From contig JAYKGY010000035.1 in assembly GCA_035285545.1 (NCBI GenBank), forward strand, positions 1 through 58,797: 58,797 nt of DNA. Direction: 5' to 3'. Position numbers and translations under genes: made by a program. The notes under the pieces were generated by a model. It was not told where the DNA came from. It searched no databases and saw nothing but the letters and a program-made list of their open reading frames with translations. Origin of the DNA: Snowella sp. (GTDB lineage: Bacteria > Cyanobacteriota > Cyanobacteriia > Cyanobacteriales > Microcystaceae). This document shows, in pieces, positions 40,005-50,167 of this stretch. The first letter of the stretch is position 1. Each line of letters begins with the position of its first letter.

Positions 40005-40457
40005 CTAAATTCCCCCAAGTTGCAGTCCAACTCCGACAACCACAAAGAGAACAGCCAAGACAGTAATACCGATAATATGTAAAGCTAAATCGTTGAATTT
40101 ATCGCTATTTAAATTCGGAATTAGCCGTAATCTGGCATCTAAAGCGAGAGTCACCGTTAATAATAGCAAGCCTAACTTAATTTCAATTCCTCTTGCCATA
40201 GGAGACTGATAATTTAACCAACTTGATAAATCAGGCAAAAATAGCCAAGCTAAGCCCAAACCTGAGAGAACTTGCCCTGCTAAAGCAATTAATCCTAATA
40301 TCTCAAACCGTTCTTCAAATTGCTGAATAATACTCAGATCTTTCTTTTGCCAAGCTTCGGGTAAAAATCGTAATGCCAGGATGAGATGGCCGCCTGTCCA
40401 GATCGTTGCACCCAGGACGTGAATGAGCAGTAAAGATAGTAAAGTTAGATTACTCAT
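40005..40457 (-). CDS. CopD-like membrane protein
   Basis: HVLGATIWTGG, IKL.LL; four TM segments. Confidence 0.75.
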   Translation of the reverse strand: MSNLTLLSLLLIHVLGATIWTGGHLILALRFLPEAWQKKDLSIIQQFEERFEILGLIALAGQVLSGLGLAWLFLPDLSSWLNYQSPMARGIEIKLGLLLLTVTLALDARLRLIPNLNSDKFNDLALHIIGITVLAVLFVVVGVGLQLGGI

Positions 40458-40520
40458 TCCCTCAGTCTATCAACCATGACTCAGCGATCGCTGTTAAATT
40501 TCAATAACGAATGGTTGAAG

Positions 40521-40652
40521 ATGATGTTGATTGGTGAACTTGCTCAAAGGACTGGATTGACTAGGGATACTATCCGTTTTTACGAAAAAATGGGACTTAT
40601 TAGTGCCAGCGATCGCCGAGTTCATAATCAAAGACGCGACTGGGTAGAGTAG
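40521..40652 (+). pseudogene. Truncated MerR-family regulator (HTH only)
   Basis: Hand translation MMLIGELAQRTGLTRDTIRFYEKMGLISASDRRVHNQRRDWVE*; similarity ends near HIP1 40609-40616. Confidence 0.85.
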
Positions 40653-40799
40653 AGAGAGACAATTAACCTCGTCCCTCTTTGTTAGACCCATACGTGCTAC
40701 TTTTATTGCATACGGCTCCTGATAGTCCTATTGGTAATTATTTACTGGAATTTGGCTCCAATCATTTTTACAGTCTTTGAAGTGGAATTCTTGAAAGCT

Positions 40800-42398
40800 C
40801 TAATCATGACTTTTTTGCCATTGAGCATAGAACAATAATAGGGCTAATAATAAATAGCTGATTGCCCAGGACGATCCGGCTCCAAAACCTATTTTTAAGA
40901 CGGTATCTCCTATTGTCCAAGTATAGCTATGCAAAAGTCCTAACCAGGCTAGAACGGCTGCACTCAAAGTCCATAATGCCGCTTTACCAAACTGTTTTTC
41001 TAAAATATACACCGTGATTGCGGAAAGAATCATCGCTGAAAAAACCAATCCCTGCTCTAAAGCAAAAGCCCCACTAATGTAGGTATTGGTGGCTTCAAAT
41101 ACGGGAATCAAGGCTTCATTAAAAGGGCGATCTGGTGTCCCTAAGCCTCCAACTCGTAAGGCATTTTTTACTAGCGAGGCTCCCCAACCCGCAATTCCTG
41201 GAAATAAGCCAATGACAACCGCAGGAGCATGAAGAGCAGGCACCGCCGTAAAGCTTTGAGCGACAATTACTATCCCAATCCAAAGTATGATCGCCATTCC
41301 GCTATCAATCGGGACAAAATAAACCAATAGTCCCACCGTTCCGCTTAAACAAAATAGGCCTATAATTAGCCCATTAAGCCAGGAATAACCGATCCTTGCT
41401 CCTAATTGTTTCCAGCCTGGATGACCGATATAAATTGTGGTAGGAAAACAAGAGCCAAATAGGGCTGCAATCATTGTCCCAATTCCATTAACCGCTAAGC
41501 AAGGGGCTGTGGGATAGCGATCGCCGGCTGCTTCTGCACTTTCTAGATTTTGTAAACTGCCAATTAGATTAAATAATCCCATTGGTAAAATCACACTAAA
41601 ATAAGCAATTAAAATTCCTCTAGCTTGCCAGAGTTGTTCTAAATTAATCTGGGGAAAATAAATGCCGATGGGTGCGATCGCAGTTTGAAATTGTTGGTCA
41701 TTCCACTGACTTAATCCCGTTCCCCAGGCTAAAGCTGTTCCACAAATAACGGCTAATAATCCTCCTGGAATAGCCCATTTTCCAACCGTAAATTTTACAT
41801 CTCCAAAATAGGTTAATAAGATAATCCCCAACGGAACAAAACCAACCAGAGGATGAGTATAGGTACGTAGGACAAATCCCATGGCAATGAAAGTTAGGGC
41901 AATGCCTCCTAAAGTAGAAAGTAAGGCTGCTCTGGGAGTTAATTTCCGTAAGTAATCGGCTCCCCATGCCCCTAAAAATTCAATGAATCCCGACCCCAAA
42001 CAGGCTACTAATCCCGCTTGCCAAGCTAATTCGGCGGCTTGTTCAGAAGTAGCTCCCTGACTGAGCGCGTCTAGGCGTACAGGTAACATGATCAAGAAAA
42101 TATAGGCAAATAAACTAATCGTATTAATGCCGTAGGGAAGGGCAGTAATATCATTGCGTTTTTCCTTTTTTCCTTGTTGGTAGGCGAGCCAACTATAGTA
42201 AAAATTTCCGACTATCAGACTCAGGGCAACACTCGGTAGAATTCGACCATAAATTAAGCTGGTGGGAAATTGGAGAACAGATTGACATAAACTGACAATG
42301 ACTAAAATTTGGATCAGGTTATTGAGCGCTAATCCAAAGAAACCGTCTAAGTCTTGGCGAACAAACCAACGAGGAGAGGGAGAGCTAGAAACAGCCAT
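40800..42398 (-). CDS. NCS2/AzgA-like permease
   Basis: Many TM segments; DLDGFFGL, TALPYG, PTTIYIGHPGWK. Confidence 0.8.
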   Translation of the reverse strand: MAVSSSPSPRWFVRQDLDGFFGLALNNLIQILVIVSLCQSVLQFPTSLIYGRILPSVALSLIVGNFYYSWLAYQQGKKEKRNDITALPYGINTISLFAYIFLIMLPVRLDALSQGATSEQAAELAWQAGLVACLGSGFIEFLGAWGADYLRKLTPRAALLSTLGGIALTFIAMGFVLRTYTHPLVGFVPLGIILLTYFGDVKFTVGKWAIPGGLLAVICGTALAWGTGLSQWNDQQFQTAIAPIGIYFPQINLEQLWQARGILIAYFSVILPMGLFNLIGSLQNLESAEAAGDRYPTAPCLAVNGIGTMIAALFGSCFPTTIYIGHPGWKQLGARIGYSWLNGLIIGLFCLSGTVGLLVYFVPIDSGMAIILWIGIVIVAQSFTAVPALHAPAVVIGLFPGIAGWGASLVKNALRVGGLGTPDRPFNEALIPVFEATNTYISGAFALEQGLVFSAMILSAITVYILEKQFGKAALWTLSAAVLAWLGLLHSYTWTIGDTVLKIGFGAGSSWAISYLLLALLLFYAQWQKSHD

Positions 42399-42579
42399 AG
42401 AAATAAGATTAAATTTTGCCCCTAACTTTAGCCTGTAATTCGGAATTAGGCAAAATCAGTTCAGCAATATTCATTCATACTAGAAATGTTTGAACCTCCC
42501 ATTCAGTGGATAATAATCTGAAAATTTATAACCGTAAAAGAGAAGTAAAAATAACGGTCATTTTTCTGCCAAAACAATC

Positions 42580-42909
42580 ATGCCTAAAATAACTGCTCAA
42601 GGAAAAACCATTGAATGTGAATCGGGGGCTAACCTCCGTCAAGTGCTGCTCAAAAATCAAGTTAATCCCCATAACGGTAATGCTGTTTTGATTAACTGTC
42701 GGGGGATTGGAACTTGTGGAACCTGCGCTGTCGCGATCGCTGGGAAAGTCTCTGATCCCAATTGGCGGGAAAAAGCACGATTATCATTACCTCCCCATGA
42801 ACAAGGAACAACTCGACGACTGGCCTGCCAAGTTCAAGTTTTAGGAGATATTGAGGTTACTAAATTTGATGGTTTTTGGGGTCAAGGTTCAAATGTTCAA
42901 TGGTCGTAA
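42580..42909 (+). CDS. 2Fe-2S ferredoxin-like protein
   Basis: NCRGIGTCGTC...RLACQ. Confidence 0.92.
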   Translation: MPKITAQGKTIECESGANLRQVLLKNQVNPHNGNAVLINCRGIGTCGTCAVAIAGKVSDPNWREKARLSLPPHEQGTTRRLACQVQVLGDIEVTKFDGFWGQGSNVQWS

Positions 42910-42989
42910 TTTTACTCAGGGATTAACCGCGATCACAGTGGCCGTACAGAATTGCTATCCAAAGCCTAGATATGTCCATCTGAGTTAGA

Positions 42990-44498
42990 TTAATTTCTCT
43001 TCTGCCTCCAATCTTGAGCTAAAGTACGAATTTTTTCGAGTTCTCCAACTTCTATTCGCTTGAGGTTTCCTAGAACTAGACCCATTCGTCCCTGAGATTT
43101 AAGCTTCTCTTGATGGCGGTCAATAAAATCCCAATAAAAGAAATTAAAGGGACAGGCTTTTTCACCCGCGCGATCGCTGTGGTCATAACAGCAATTACCG
43201 CAGTAATCGCTCATTTTATTGATATAGTTGGCTGAAGAAGCATAGGGTTTAGAGGCTAATATCCCCCCATCAGCAAACTGACCCATTCCCAAAACATTGG
43301 TTTGCATCACCCAGTCATAGCCATCCACAAAAGCGGAGTGAAACCAAGCCTCAATTTCTTGGGGAGAAACACCGACAATGAGAGCAAAATTACTCAAAAT
43401 CATCAGCCTTTGAATATGATGAGCATAACCTGTGTTTTCTACTTGACTCAGAACTTGATGAAGACAGTTCATATCCGTCTTTGAACTATCCCAATAAAAA
43501 TCTGGTAGCGGCTCAGTATGATTAAACCAATTACTCTGGAAATAATCATTATCCAAATAATTATAAAGTCCATTCATATATTCCCGCCAGCCCAACACTT
43601 GACGAATAAATCCCTCAACACTGTTCAGTTCTAAATTGCTATCTAAGTAAGCTTTTTGTGCGGCTTCAATAACTTCTTGCGGGTTCAATAATCCTAAATT
43701 TAGATAGGGAGAAATCAGGCTATGCCATAAGGTTTTTTCCCCCGTAATCATGGCATCCTGATAAGTTCCAAAAAGGGGCAAACATTGAGTAATAAAATAC
43801 TCTAAAGCTAACAAAGCATCTGAGCGTGTCACGCCCCAACGGAATGGTTCTATTTCTCCATAACAGGGGAAATCTTGTCTTTTAATCTCATCAATGACTG
43901 ATTGAGTTATTTCATCAGGTTCAAACCCCAAAGCAACTGGTGTTTTGAGACTGCTTTTAGGAGGTTTACGATTGAGTTTGTCAAAGTTCCATTGCCCTCC
44001 AACAGGCTCACTTCCTTCCATTAAAATATTGAATCGCTTGCGCCCTTCTCGGTAAAAATTTTCTAATAATAAATTCTTGCGAGAGTTTGCCCACTGTTGA
44101 AAATCTTGTTGACTCCACAAAAAATGATTATTAGCAACAAAAGTAATGAGACAGCCAAGTTGCAGATTTTTAATTAGCTGCCTAAAGGGACGATCATTAG
44201 GGATCATCACCCGTATTTCTGTAATATTATTGCTTTTAATCCAGTCTTTTAGAGGAGTTTCAAAGTCATTCGCAATTTTGTAAGTAACAGACCATTCAGC
44301 TAAACGTAGCTCTTCGGCAAAATGGCGCATAGCTGACCAAAGCAATACCAGTTTTTGCTGATGATAGGGTCGCTGTCTAGCGTAGTTGTGTGACTCAATT
44401 AAGATAACTGGCGTTTGATTTTTTACTTCTTTACAGCTAGAAAGTGCTGCCTGTCCTGTCCAAAGTTGATCGCCTAATATCCAAATTCCCGTTGTCAT
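42990..44498 (-). CDS. FeS-cluster bacterial cryptochrome/(6-4) photolyase (PhrB/CryB type)
   Basis: ILGDQL, GGQWNFD, GFIRQVLGWRE, YAHHIQRLM, KPYASS.NYI..MSDYC..C, ACPF. Confidence 0.92.
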   Translation of the reverse strand: MTTGIWILGDQLWTGQAALSSCKEVKNQTPVILIESHNYARQRPYHQQKLVLLWSAMRHFAEELRLAEWSVTYKIANDFETPLKDWIKSNNITEIRVMIPNDRPFRQLIKNLQLGCLITFVANNHFLWSQQDFQQWANSRKNLLLENFYREGRKRFNILMEGSEPVGGQWNFDKLNRKPPKSSLKTPVALGFEPDEITQSVIDEIKRQDFPCYGEIEPFRWGVTRSDALLALEYFITQCLPLFGTYQDAMITGEKTLWHSLISPYLNLGLLNPQEVIEAAQKAYLDSNLELNSVEGFIRQVLGWREYMNGLYNYLDNDYFQSNWFNHTEPLPDFYWDSSKTDMNCLHQVLSQVENTGYAHHIQRLMILSNFALIVGVSPQEIEAWFHSAFVDGYDWVMQTNVLGMGQFADGGILASKPYASSANYINKMSDYCGNCCYDHSDRAGEKACPFNFFYWDFIDRHQEKLKSQGRMGLVLGNLKRIEVGELEKIRTLAQDWRQKRN

Positions 44499-44563
44499 TT
44501 CAAATCCTAATATTAGCTAACGTCATAAAAAGCTTAGTCCCTTGTAGTATTAGATATCCCGCT

Positions 44564-46024
44564 TTAAATGGATAACTTCTGAAAAACCTTCTCATTCGCC
44601 TTTACCGATTCAAAAAAATCGACAATCGGACGCGGATAATCTAAACCCACTCTCACGCCCAAACGTTTCTGCTCTTCTCCAGATAATCGCCAAGGTTCGT
44701 GAATTTTATCCCCAAAAATTGAGGCTAGCTCAGGCAACCAATGCCTAATATATTCACCTTTAGGATCGTAATCTCTAGATTGTTTCGCAATATTAAAATA
44801 ACGAAATCCCCTAGCATCATTGCCTACACCCGCCGTATAGTTCCAATTTCCCCAATTACTGCATACATCATAGTCAATTAGCAGTGACTCAAACCATTCA
44901 GCACCCATTTGCCAATTCATTCCTAAATTTTTTGTCAGGAAACTCGCTACGTTTTGTCGCCCTCGATTGGACATAAAACCCGTTGCTGCTAACTCCCGCA
45001 TGTTGGCATCCACTAAAGGATATCCCGTTTTTCCTTCTTGCCATAATCTAAATATTTCCCCATCTTCTTGCCAAGGAATATGGATTCCCTGTAATCCTGA
45101 TTTGCGAAATATTTTATTGCCATGTTTGATACAGATAAAGCGAAAGAAATCTCGCCACAATAATTCAAATATTAACCAATAGGTCGAGTCATTTTTGACT
45201 TGTCTCGCTTCATATTCTTTGACTTGCTGATAGATAAAACGAGGCGAAAGGCAACCCAAGGCTAACCAAGGAGAAAATTTAGAGGAATAATTTGCTCCCA
45301 ACATTCCATTACGAGTTAGCTTGTAATTTCTAAGGCAGTCTTGTTCCCAAAAATAATGATTTAATCTTGCAATCCCTGCGTTTTCTCCTCCTCGAAATGG
45401 CAAAACAGAACGGGAATCAAATTTCGGTTGCTCAATTCCAAAGTCAGATAGCTGAGGCAATTTTCCTGCCTCTACACTTGGCAGTTTTGACAGTTTTTTG
45501 GGAGTCGGGATAGTATCCCTAACTATTGCAGTTTTTTCTACAGATTGGCGAAATTTCGTAAATAATTCTGGAAGTTGAGAAATATCATACGGGAGATCCG
45601 CTAAATGATAAAGTGTGCTTTCAAAAAAACGATTGACTTTGACATTAATTGAGGATAAAGCATTCTCCAATGCGGCTTCTACTGCCAACTCTTCCGAGGT
45701 AGCTTCACTATGAAAATAGACAGCATGAATCTTTAGTTCTCTCGCTAAAGCGGGGATAATTTCTTCTGGAAAACCGCTTCGTATTAACAAATTACTGCCA
45801 AGTTGGAGGAAAGAATTTCTTAAATCCGCCACACTTTCAAGTAAAAATTGTGCCCGAAATGCTCCTGTTTTGGGAAAACCAAAAGAAGTCTTAGCAAATT
45901 GTCGGGGATCAAAACAGTAAACGGGGATAATTTGAGCATTTTCTTTTAGTGCTTGAGCGATCGCTTCGTGGTCATGGAGGCGCAAATCATAGCGATACCA
46001 AATTAAAATTCGCTTTTCACTCAT
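44564..46024 (-). CDS. Cryptochrome DASH
   Basis: DLRLHD, TRNGMLG..YSSKFSPWL, ELLWRDFF, MSNRGRQNVASFL, GVGNDAR. Confidence 0.93.
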   Translation of the reverse strand: MSEKRILIWYRYDLRLHDHEAIAQALKENAQIIPVYCFDPRQFAKTSFGFPKTGAFRAQFLLESVADLRNSFLQLGSNLLIRSGFPEEIIPALARELKIHAVYFHSEATSEELAVEAALENALSSINVKVNRFFESTLYHLADLPYDISQLPELFTKFRQSVEKTAIVRDTIPTPKKLSKLPSVEAGKLPQLSDFGIEQPKFDSRSVLPFRGGENAGIARLNHYFWEQDCLRNYKLTRNGMLGANYSSKFSPWLALGCLSPRFIYQQVKEYEARQVKNDSTYWLIFELLWRDFFRFICIKHGNKIFRKSGLQGIHIPWQEDGEIFRLWQEGKTGYPLVDANMRELAATGFMSNRGRQNVASFLTKNLGMNWQMGAEWFESLLIDYDVCSNWGNWNYTAGVGNDARGFRYFNIAKQSRDYDPKGEYIRHWLPELASIFGDKIHEPWRLSGEEQKRLGVRVGLDYPRPIVDFFESVKANEKVFQKLSI

Positions 46025-46143
46025 AGACTTTCGATGCTTTTGACTTCGATTTAATTTCCTTGTTTAATTTTAGGCAGGAATTACTAGGGCGTGTCATCAA
46101 TTCGGCCAAATGATAGAAGTAGCCAGATAAGAATAAAGATTAT

Positions 46144-47425
46144 CAGAAAAATTGGGTTTAAAACCTCGCCCTTTAGGGCGACTTTACAGGTTGAATGCTA
46201 GAATGTAAGACATGGAAAAAGCCTACTCTTTTCGTTTCTACCCGACATCGGAACAAGAAAACCTCTTGCGCCGCACATTGGGCTGTGTGCGATTAGTCTA
46301 TAACAAGGCTCTCCATGAAAGAACTCAAGCATGGTACGAACGTCAAGAAAGAGTCGGATACAGCCAAACCTCTTCAATGTTAACGGCATGGAAGAAAGAA
46401 GCAGAACTCGATTTCCTCAATGATGTTAGTAGTGTACCGTTGCAGCAAGGACTAAGGCATCTTCAATCCGCTTTTACTAATTTCTTTGCGGGTAGGGCAA
46501 AATACCCTAATTTCAAGAAGAAAAGGAATGGTGGAAGTGCTGAATTTACCAAAGCAGCATTCAGATTCAAGGATGGGCAGGTCTATCTTGCCAAGATTGA
46601 TGAACCGTTGGATATTCGATGGTCTAGACAAATCCCCAAAGGATGTGAACCGACCAGTGTAACGGTTAGGCTGCATCCATCAGGACGTTGGCATATCTCC
46701 ATTCGATTTGATGATCCAACGATTAAACCTTTACCGGCTAACGATAATGCCATTGGAATTGATCTAGGGGTAACTAGCCTGATTGCTACAAGCAATGGCG
46801 ACAAAATTACTAACCCCAAACATTTTAAAAAGCATTACAAGCGTTTAAAGAGGGCGCAAAAGGCTCTCTCTCGTAAGCAGAAAGGTTCTAAGAATCGGGA
46901 AAAAGCCAGAGTTAAAGTTGCTAAAATTCACCTTAAAATCTCAGATTCCCGTCAAGATTTCTTACATAAGCTAACGACTCGTTTGGTACGCGAAAATCAA
47001 ACGATTGCCGTTGAGTCGTTGGCAGTTAAGAATATGCTCAAAAACCGCAGACTCTCCCTTGCTATTTCTGATAGCGGATGGGGAGAGTTGATTCGGCAAT
47101 TAGGATACAAGTGCCGATGGTACGGCAGGAACTTTGTCGAAATTGACCAATGGTTCCCTAGTTCTAAGCGTTGTACTAATTGTGGGCATATTGTCGATAA
47201 ATTGCCCTTGAATATTCGTAACTGGCAATGCCCTAGTTGTGGTTGCAACCATGATAGAGATGTAAATGCCAGTAAAAATATTTTGGCCGCTGGACTAGCG
47301 GTGTCAGTCTGTGGAGCGACTGTAAGACCCGAACAGAGTAAGTCTGTTAAGGCAGGTGCTATGAAGCAGAAACTTAAACCGTGAGGTTTGGGAATCCTCT
47401 TGCTTTAGCGAGGGGAGGATGTCAA
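46144..47425 (+). mobile_element. IS200/IS605-family, IS1341-type (TnpB only) element
   Basis: Left hairpin TCGCCC-TTTA-GGGCGA (46166-81) after TTAT; right hairpin CCTCTTGC-TTTA-GCGAGGGG followed by terminal TCAA (47422-25); left boundary inferred. Confidence 0.85.
46212..47384 (+). CDS. tnpB: RNA-guided endonuclease TnpB
   Basis: HTH N-terminus, RuvC GIDLG / AVESL / DRDVNA, Zn finger CTNC..CPSC. Confidence 0.96.
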   Translation: MEKAYSFRFYPTSEQENLLRRTLGCVRLVYNKALHERTQAWYERQERVGYSQTSSMLTAWKKEAELDFLNDVSSVPLQQGLRHLQSAFTNFFAGRAKYPNFKKKRNGGSAEFTKAAFRFKDGQVYLAKIDEPLDIRWSRQIPKGCEPTSVTVRLHPSGRWHISIRFDDPTIKPLPANDNAIGIDLGVTSLIATSNGDKITNPKHFKKHYKRLKRAQKALSRKQKGSKNREKARVKVAKIHLKISDSRQDFLHKLTTRLVRENQTIAVESLAVKNMLKNRRLSLAISDSGWGELIRQLGYKCRWYGRNFVEIDQWFPSSKRCTNCGHIVDKLPLNIRNWQCPSCGCNHDRDVNASKNILAAGLAVSVCGATVRPEQSKSVKAGAMKQKLKP

Positions 47426-47691
47426 CCCTACTGTGTATAGGTAAATATCGGAAAGATCCATACTGATTCCCTCGTTTCATTTTTCTAGGGTAATCTATCA
47501 GGGTTGGGTCACAATCGCTGAAAAAATACCCAGATAGAATTAAAGAGGTTATTCGTTTCGTCCAGTATTTTACCGCTTTTTCTGATATTCCCAAGGTTTC
47601 ATCACTTTAGGATTCTTCCAGACTCCGATGCGCAATCGCCGCTATTAATTTTCATCCTCTAGTAAAAACCCAGCAACAATTTTCCGAAAGA

Positions 47692-48504
47692 TTATGAGTC
47701 AGAATTTAAATAGTTAGAAATCAACGAAATAATTAAATCAGGCTCAGTAAAGTGAGGAAGATGCCCTGTAGTTGGTATTAAGGAAAATTGATTATTTCTA
47801 ATGATTTTACTTAAATAATACCCTACTTCAATAGGAACAAAATTATCATTTTCAGGCTGAATGATTAATACAGGAATTTGAAGCCTAGACATTTCTTCAC
47901 GGCAATCATAAAAAATAATTATATTGAAGAGTGATAAAGCGTTATCGGGGGGTAGACCTAGTAAAGATTGAATAAATTCATTTAATAAATTTTTATTCGT
48001 CGGGTCACCTAAAATGGTTTCCGCGTTAGTAGTGACCCAATTAAAATAATTATCATTCATCTTTAGTAATATTTCTCCCGCTTCAGACTTAGTTAAGCCT
48101 CCAACGTAATCGCCATCATTCAAATATCGTGGTGAAGCAGATATAAAAACTATTTTTTTGATTAAATCAGGTCTTTCAATAGCTACTAAAGTTGAAATAA
48201 TGCAACTTACAGAATGAGCGACTAATATTGTTTCTTTCAAATTTAATTCATCAAAAATGTCTATGAAGCTTAAAACAAAGCCTTTTAATTTATCATAAGA
48301 ATCAATATGAAAATCTGAACGATTAGACTTAAGGCTGCCAGGTAGATCAAATAAAACGATACGATACATTTCTTGAAAGGCGGGTATTATAAATCTCCAT
48401 ACCTCTTGATTTCCACCAAACCCATGAGCAAAAACTAAAGTTTCTTTAGAATTAGGATTTCCTAAAATATTGACATTATATTTCTTAATAGCGGATTTTA
48501 TCAT
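47692..48504 (-). CDS. RsbQ/KAI2-like alpha/beta hydrolase
   Basis: LVFAHGFG, AHSVS nucleophile elbow, ASPRYLND..Y.GG, GHLPH. Confidence 0.88.
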   Translation of the reverse strand: MIKSAIKKYNVNILGNPNSKETLVFAHGFGGNQEVWRFIIPAFQEMYRIVLFDLPGSLKSNRSDFHIDSYDKLKGFVLSFIDIFDELNLKETILVAHSVSCIISTLVAIERPDLIKKIVFISASPRYLNDGDYVGGLTKSEAGEILLKMNDNYFNWVTTNAETILGDPTNKNLLNEFIQSLLGLPPDNALSLFNIIIFYDCREEMSRLQIPVLIIQPENDNFVPIEVGYYLSKIIRNNQFSLIPTTGHLPHFTEPDLIISLISNYLNSDS

Positions 48505-49103
48505 ACATTAATAAAGCAAAATTTGTAAAAAATAGATTGAAATTTAACTCAAAGTATTTTAATGTTAGCGTCTAAAAATCTTGCTGGAATCCTAATGTAA
48601 AGAAAAATTTATATTTTAATATTTTTTGAAGAATGCAAAATTTTGACCAATTAAAAAATGAAGCCTATCACCAAATCATTTGAAAATAATTGAACTGTCT
48701 TAGGTAGCAGTCGGAAAAGCAACAATTTTTTATGGCTGTAGCCTGTAACACTCTTAAACAGCGATCGCTATTGAAGTTATTCTTTGGTAAAACTGCTTGT
48801 ACTACGTCACACTGTTAAATAATTTTTTATAAATGCCAATCTATAGGCTTATATTCATTATTAATAAAAATCAATAATTGATGTTATTTGGTCAAAAATA
48901 ATAGAGATTTGAAGGTAGTGCGATCGCCGATCTTTTAGGGGTCATTTTTGAAATGTAACACTACAGAATTTTTCTTGCGATCTGTACCTAAATGGAGTAA
49001 TGTACTGAAAGTTTCCACATAATTAATAGTTATGTGTCTCAGTCCCTGATTGTGGTAATCCAAAAGCCATTATTTCATGGCAATATTCTGATTTTGTGGA
49101 GTC

Positions 49104-49592
49104 ATGAAAATTAACAAAGCTAGTACTAATGAGCTAGTGATTCAAGTAAAAACAATTTCTTGGTTAGGAACAATTGGTACCCTTTTGATTTGGGCGGGAG
49201 TGATTTTCGGTTTAATATTTCAGCCGCTCCTACTTTCTGGGTCATTAAGCCTCTTTTCAATAATTTTTTGCCTATTTTTATCACTATTTTGTCTTTTAGG
49301 ATTGGCGATAGCTTTGTCAATTGAAGAATGGCATTTTGATCGCGTGGAAGGACAACTTAAACATTTAAAAATACTACTTTTATCCAAGACAGTAACCAGA
49401 TATCGTATACAAGCAATCCAAGAGATTGAATTAAAAAAATATGTTCCTGATCATGATGATGTTGGGGGCGTTAAGTGGTGTATATTTTGCCATTTATTGT
49501 CTGGTAAGCGAGTAGAAATTTATTGTTATTCTGAAGAAAAAATTGCCCAAAAGCTCACTCAAACCATCAAGGAATATCTGATGCTGTCTTGA
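49104..49592 (+). CDS. Hypothetical two-TM membrane protein
   Basis: Two hydrophobic helices followed by a soluble domain. Confidence 0.65.
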   Translation: MKINKASTNELVIQVKTISWLGTIGTLLIWAGVIFGLIFQPLLLSGSLSLFSIIFCLFLSLFCLLGLAIALSIEEWHFDRVEGQLKHLKILLLSKTVTRYRIQAIQEIELKKYVPDHDDVGGVKWCIFCHLLSGKRVEIYCYSEEKIAQKLTQTIKEYLMLS

Positions 49593-49696
49593 CAAGTTGG
49601 TCGATCCATAAGGATAGATCATACCAATTTTCTTTATGGCTGTCAGCTGATTGACTGACAAAACATTAGGGCAAGTCATAAAGCAGAGTAAGGACA

Positions 49697-50167
49697 GTGA
49701 ATTCCTTTAGCGCAAATTTAACAGGAAGCCAAGAAACAATTCCCAATGCTTCTACTGCAACAGGTTTTGGTTCTGTTTTACTTAATAATGCCGAAAATTT
49801 AATTACAGTTAACTTATCGTGGACAGGTTTAACTGCCCCAGCAAGTGCCGCTCATATTCATGGCCCTGCATTGCAAGGAAGTAATGCCCCTGTGTTGTTT
49901 GGTTTTACGGGAGTTCCTAATGCGATTACAGGACAAATCCCGCAACAAAGTTTTTCCATTACGCCAACTCAAGTTAATTATTTGAAAACAGGTCAACTCT
50001 ATTTCAATATTCATAATTCGGTCTTCCCACCAGGAGAAATTCGAGGGCAGATTCAGCAAGTTCCTGAGCCAATGACTCTGTTAGGCAGTATGGCCGCGAT
50101 CGCGTTTGGTTCTCGCTTGAATCGTAAGTTTGCTCAAAAAGATACGCAACAGAAAGAAAAAGTTTAG
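49697..50167 (+). CDS. CHRD domain protein with PEP-CTERM sorting signal
   Basis: L.GSQE, AAHIHGP, YFNIH...PPGEIRGQI, VPEP + hydrophobic stretch + basic tail. Confidence 0.88.
   Translation: MNSFSANLTGSQETIPNASTATGFGSVLLNNAENLITVNLSWTGLTAPASAAHIHGPALQGSNAPVLFGFTGVPNAITGQIPQQSFSITPTQVNYLKTGQLYFNIHNSVFPPGEIRGQIQQVPEPMTLLGSMAAIAFGSRLNRKFAQKDTQQKEKV

Noticed and set aside
40494..40691. 65-aa minus-strand ORF
   Set aside because: Shadow of the MerR remnant on the plus strand
47304..47594. 96-aa minus-strand ORF as a transposase fragment
   Set aside because: Crosses the IS right end, has no convincing motif, and is closed upstream by a stop
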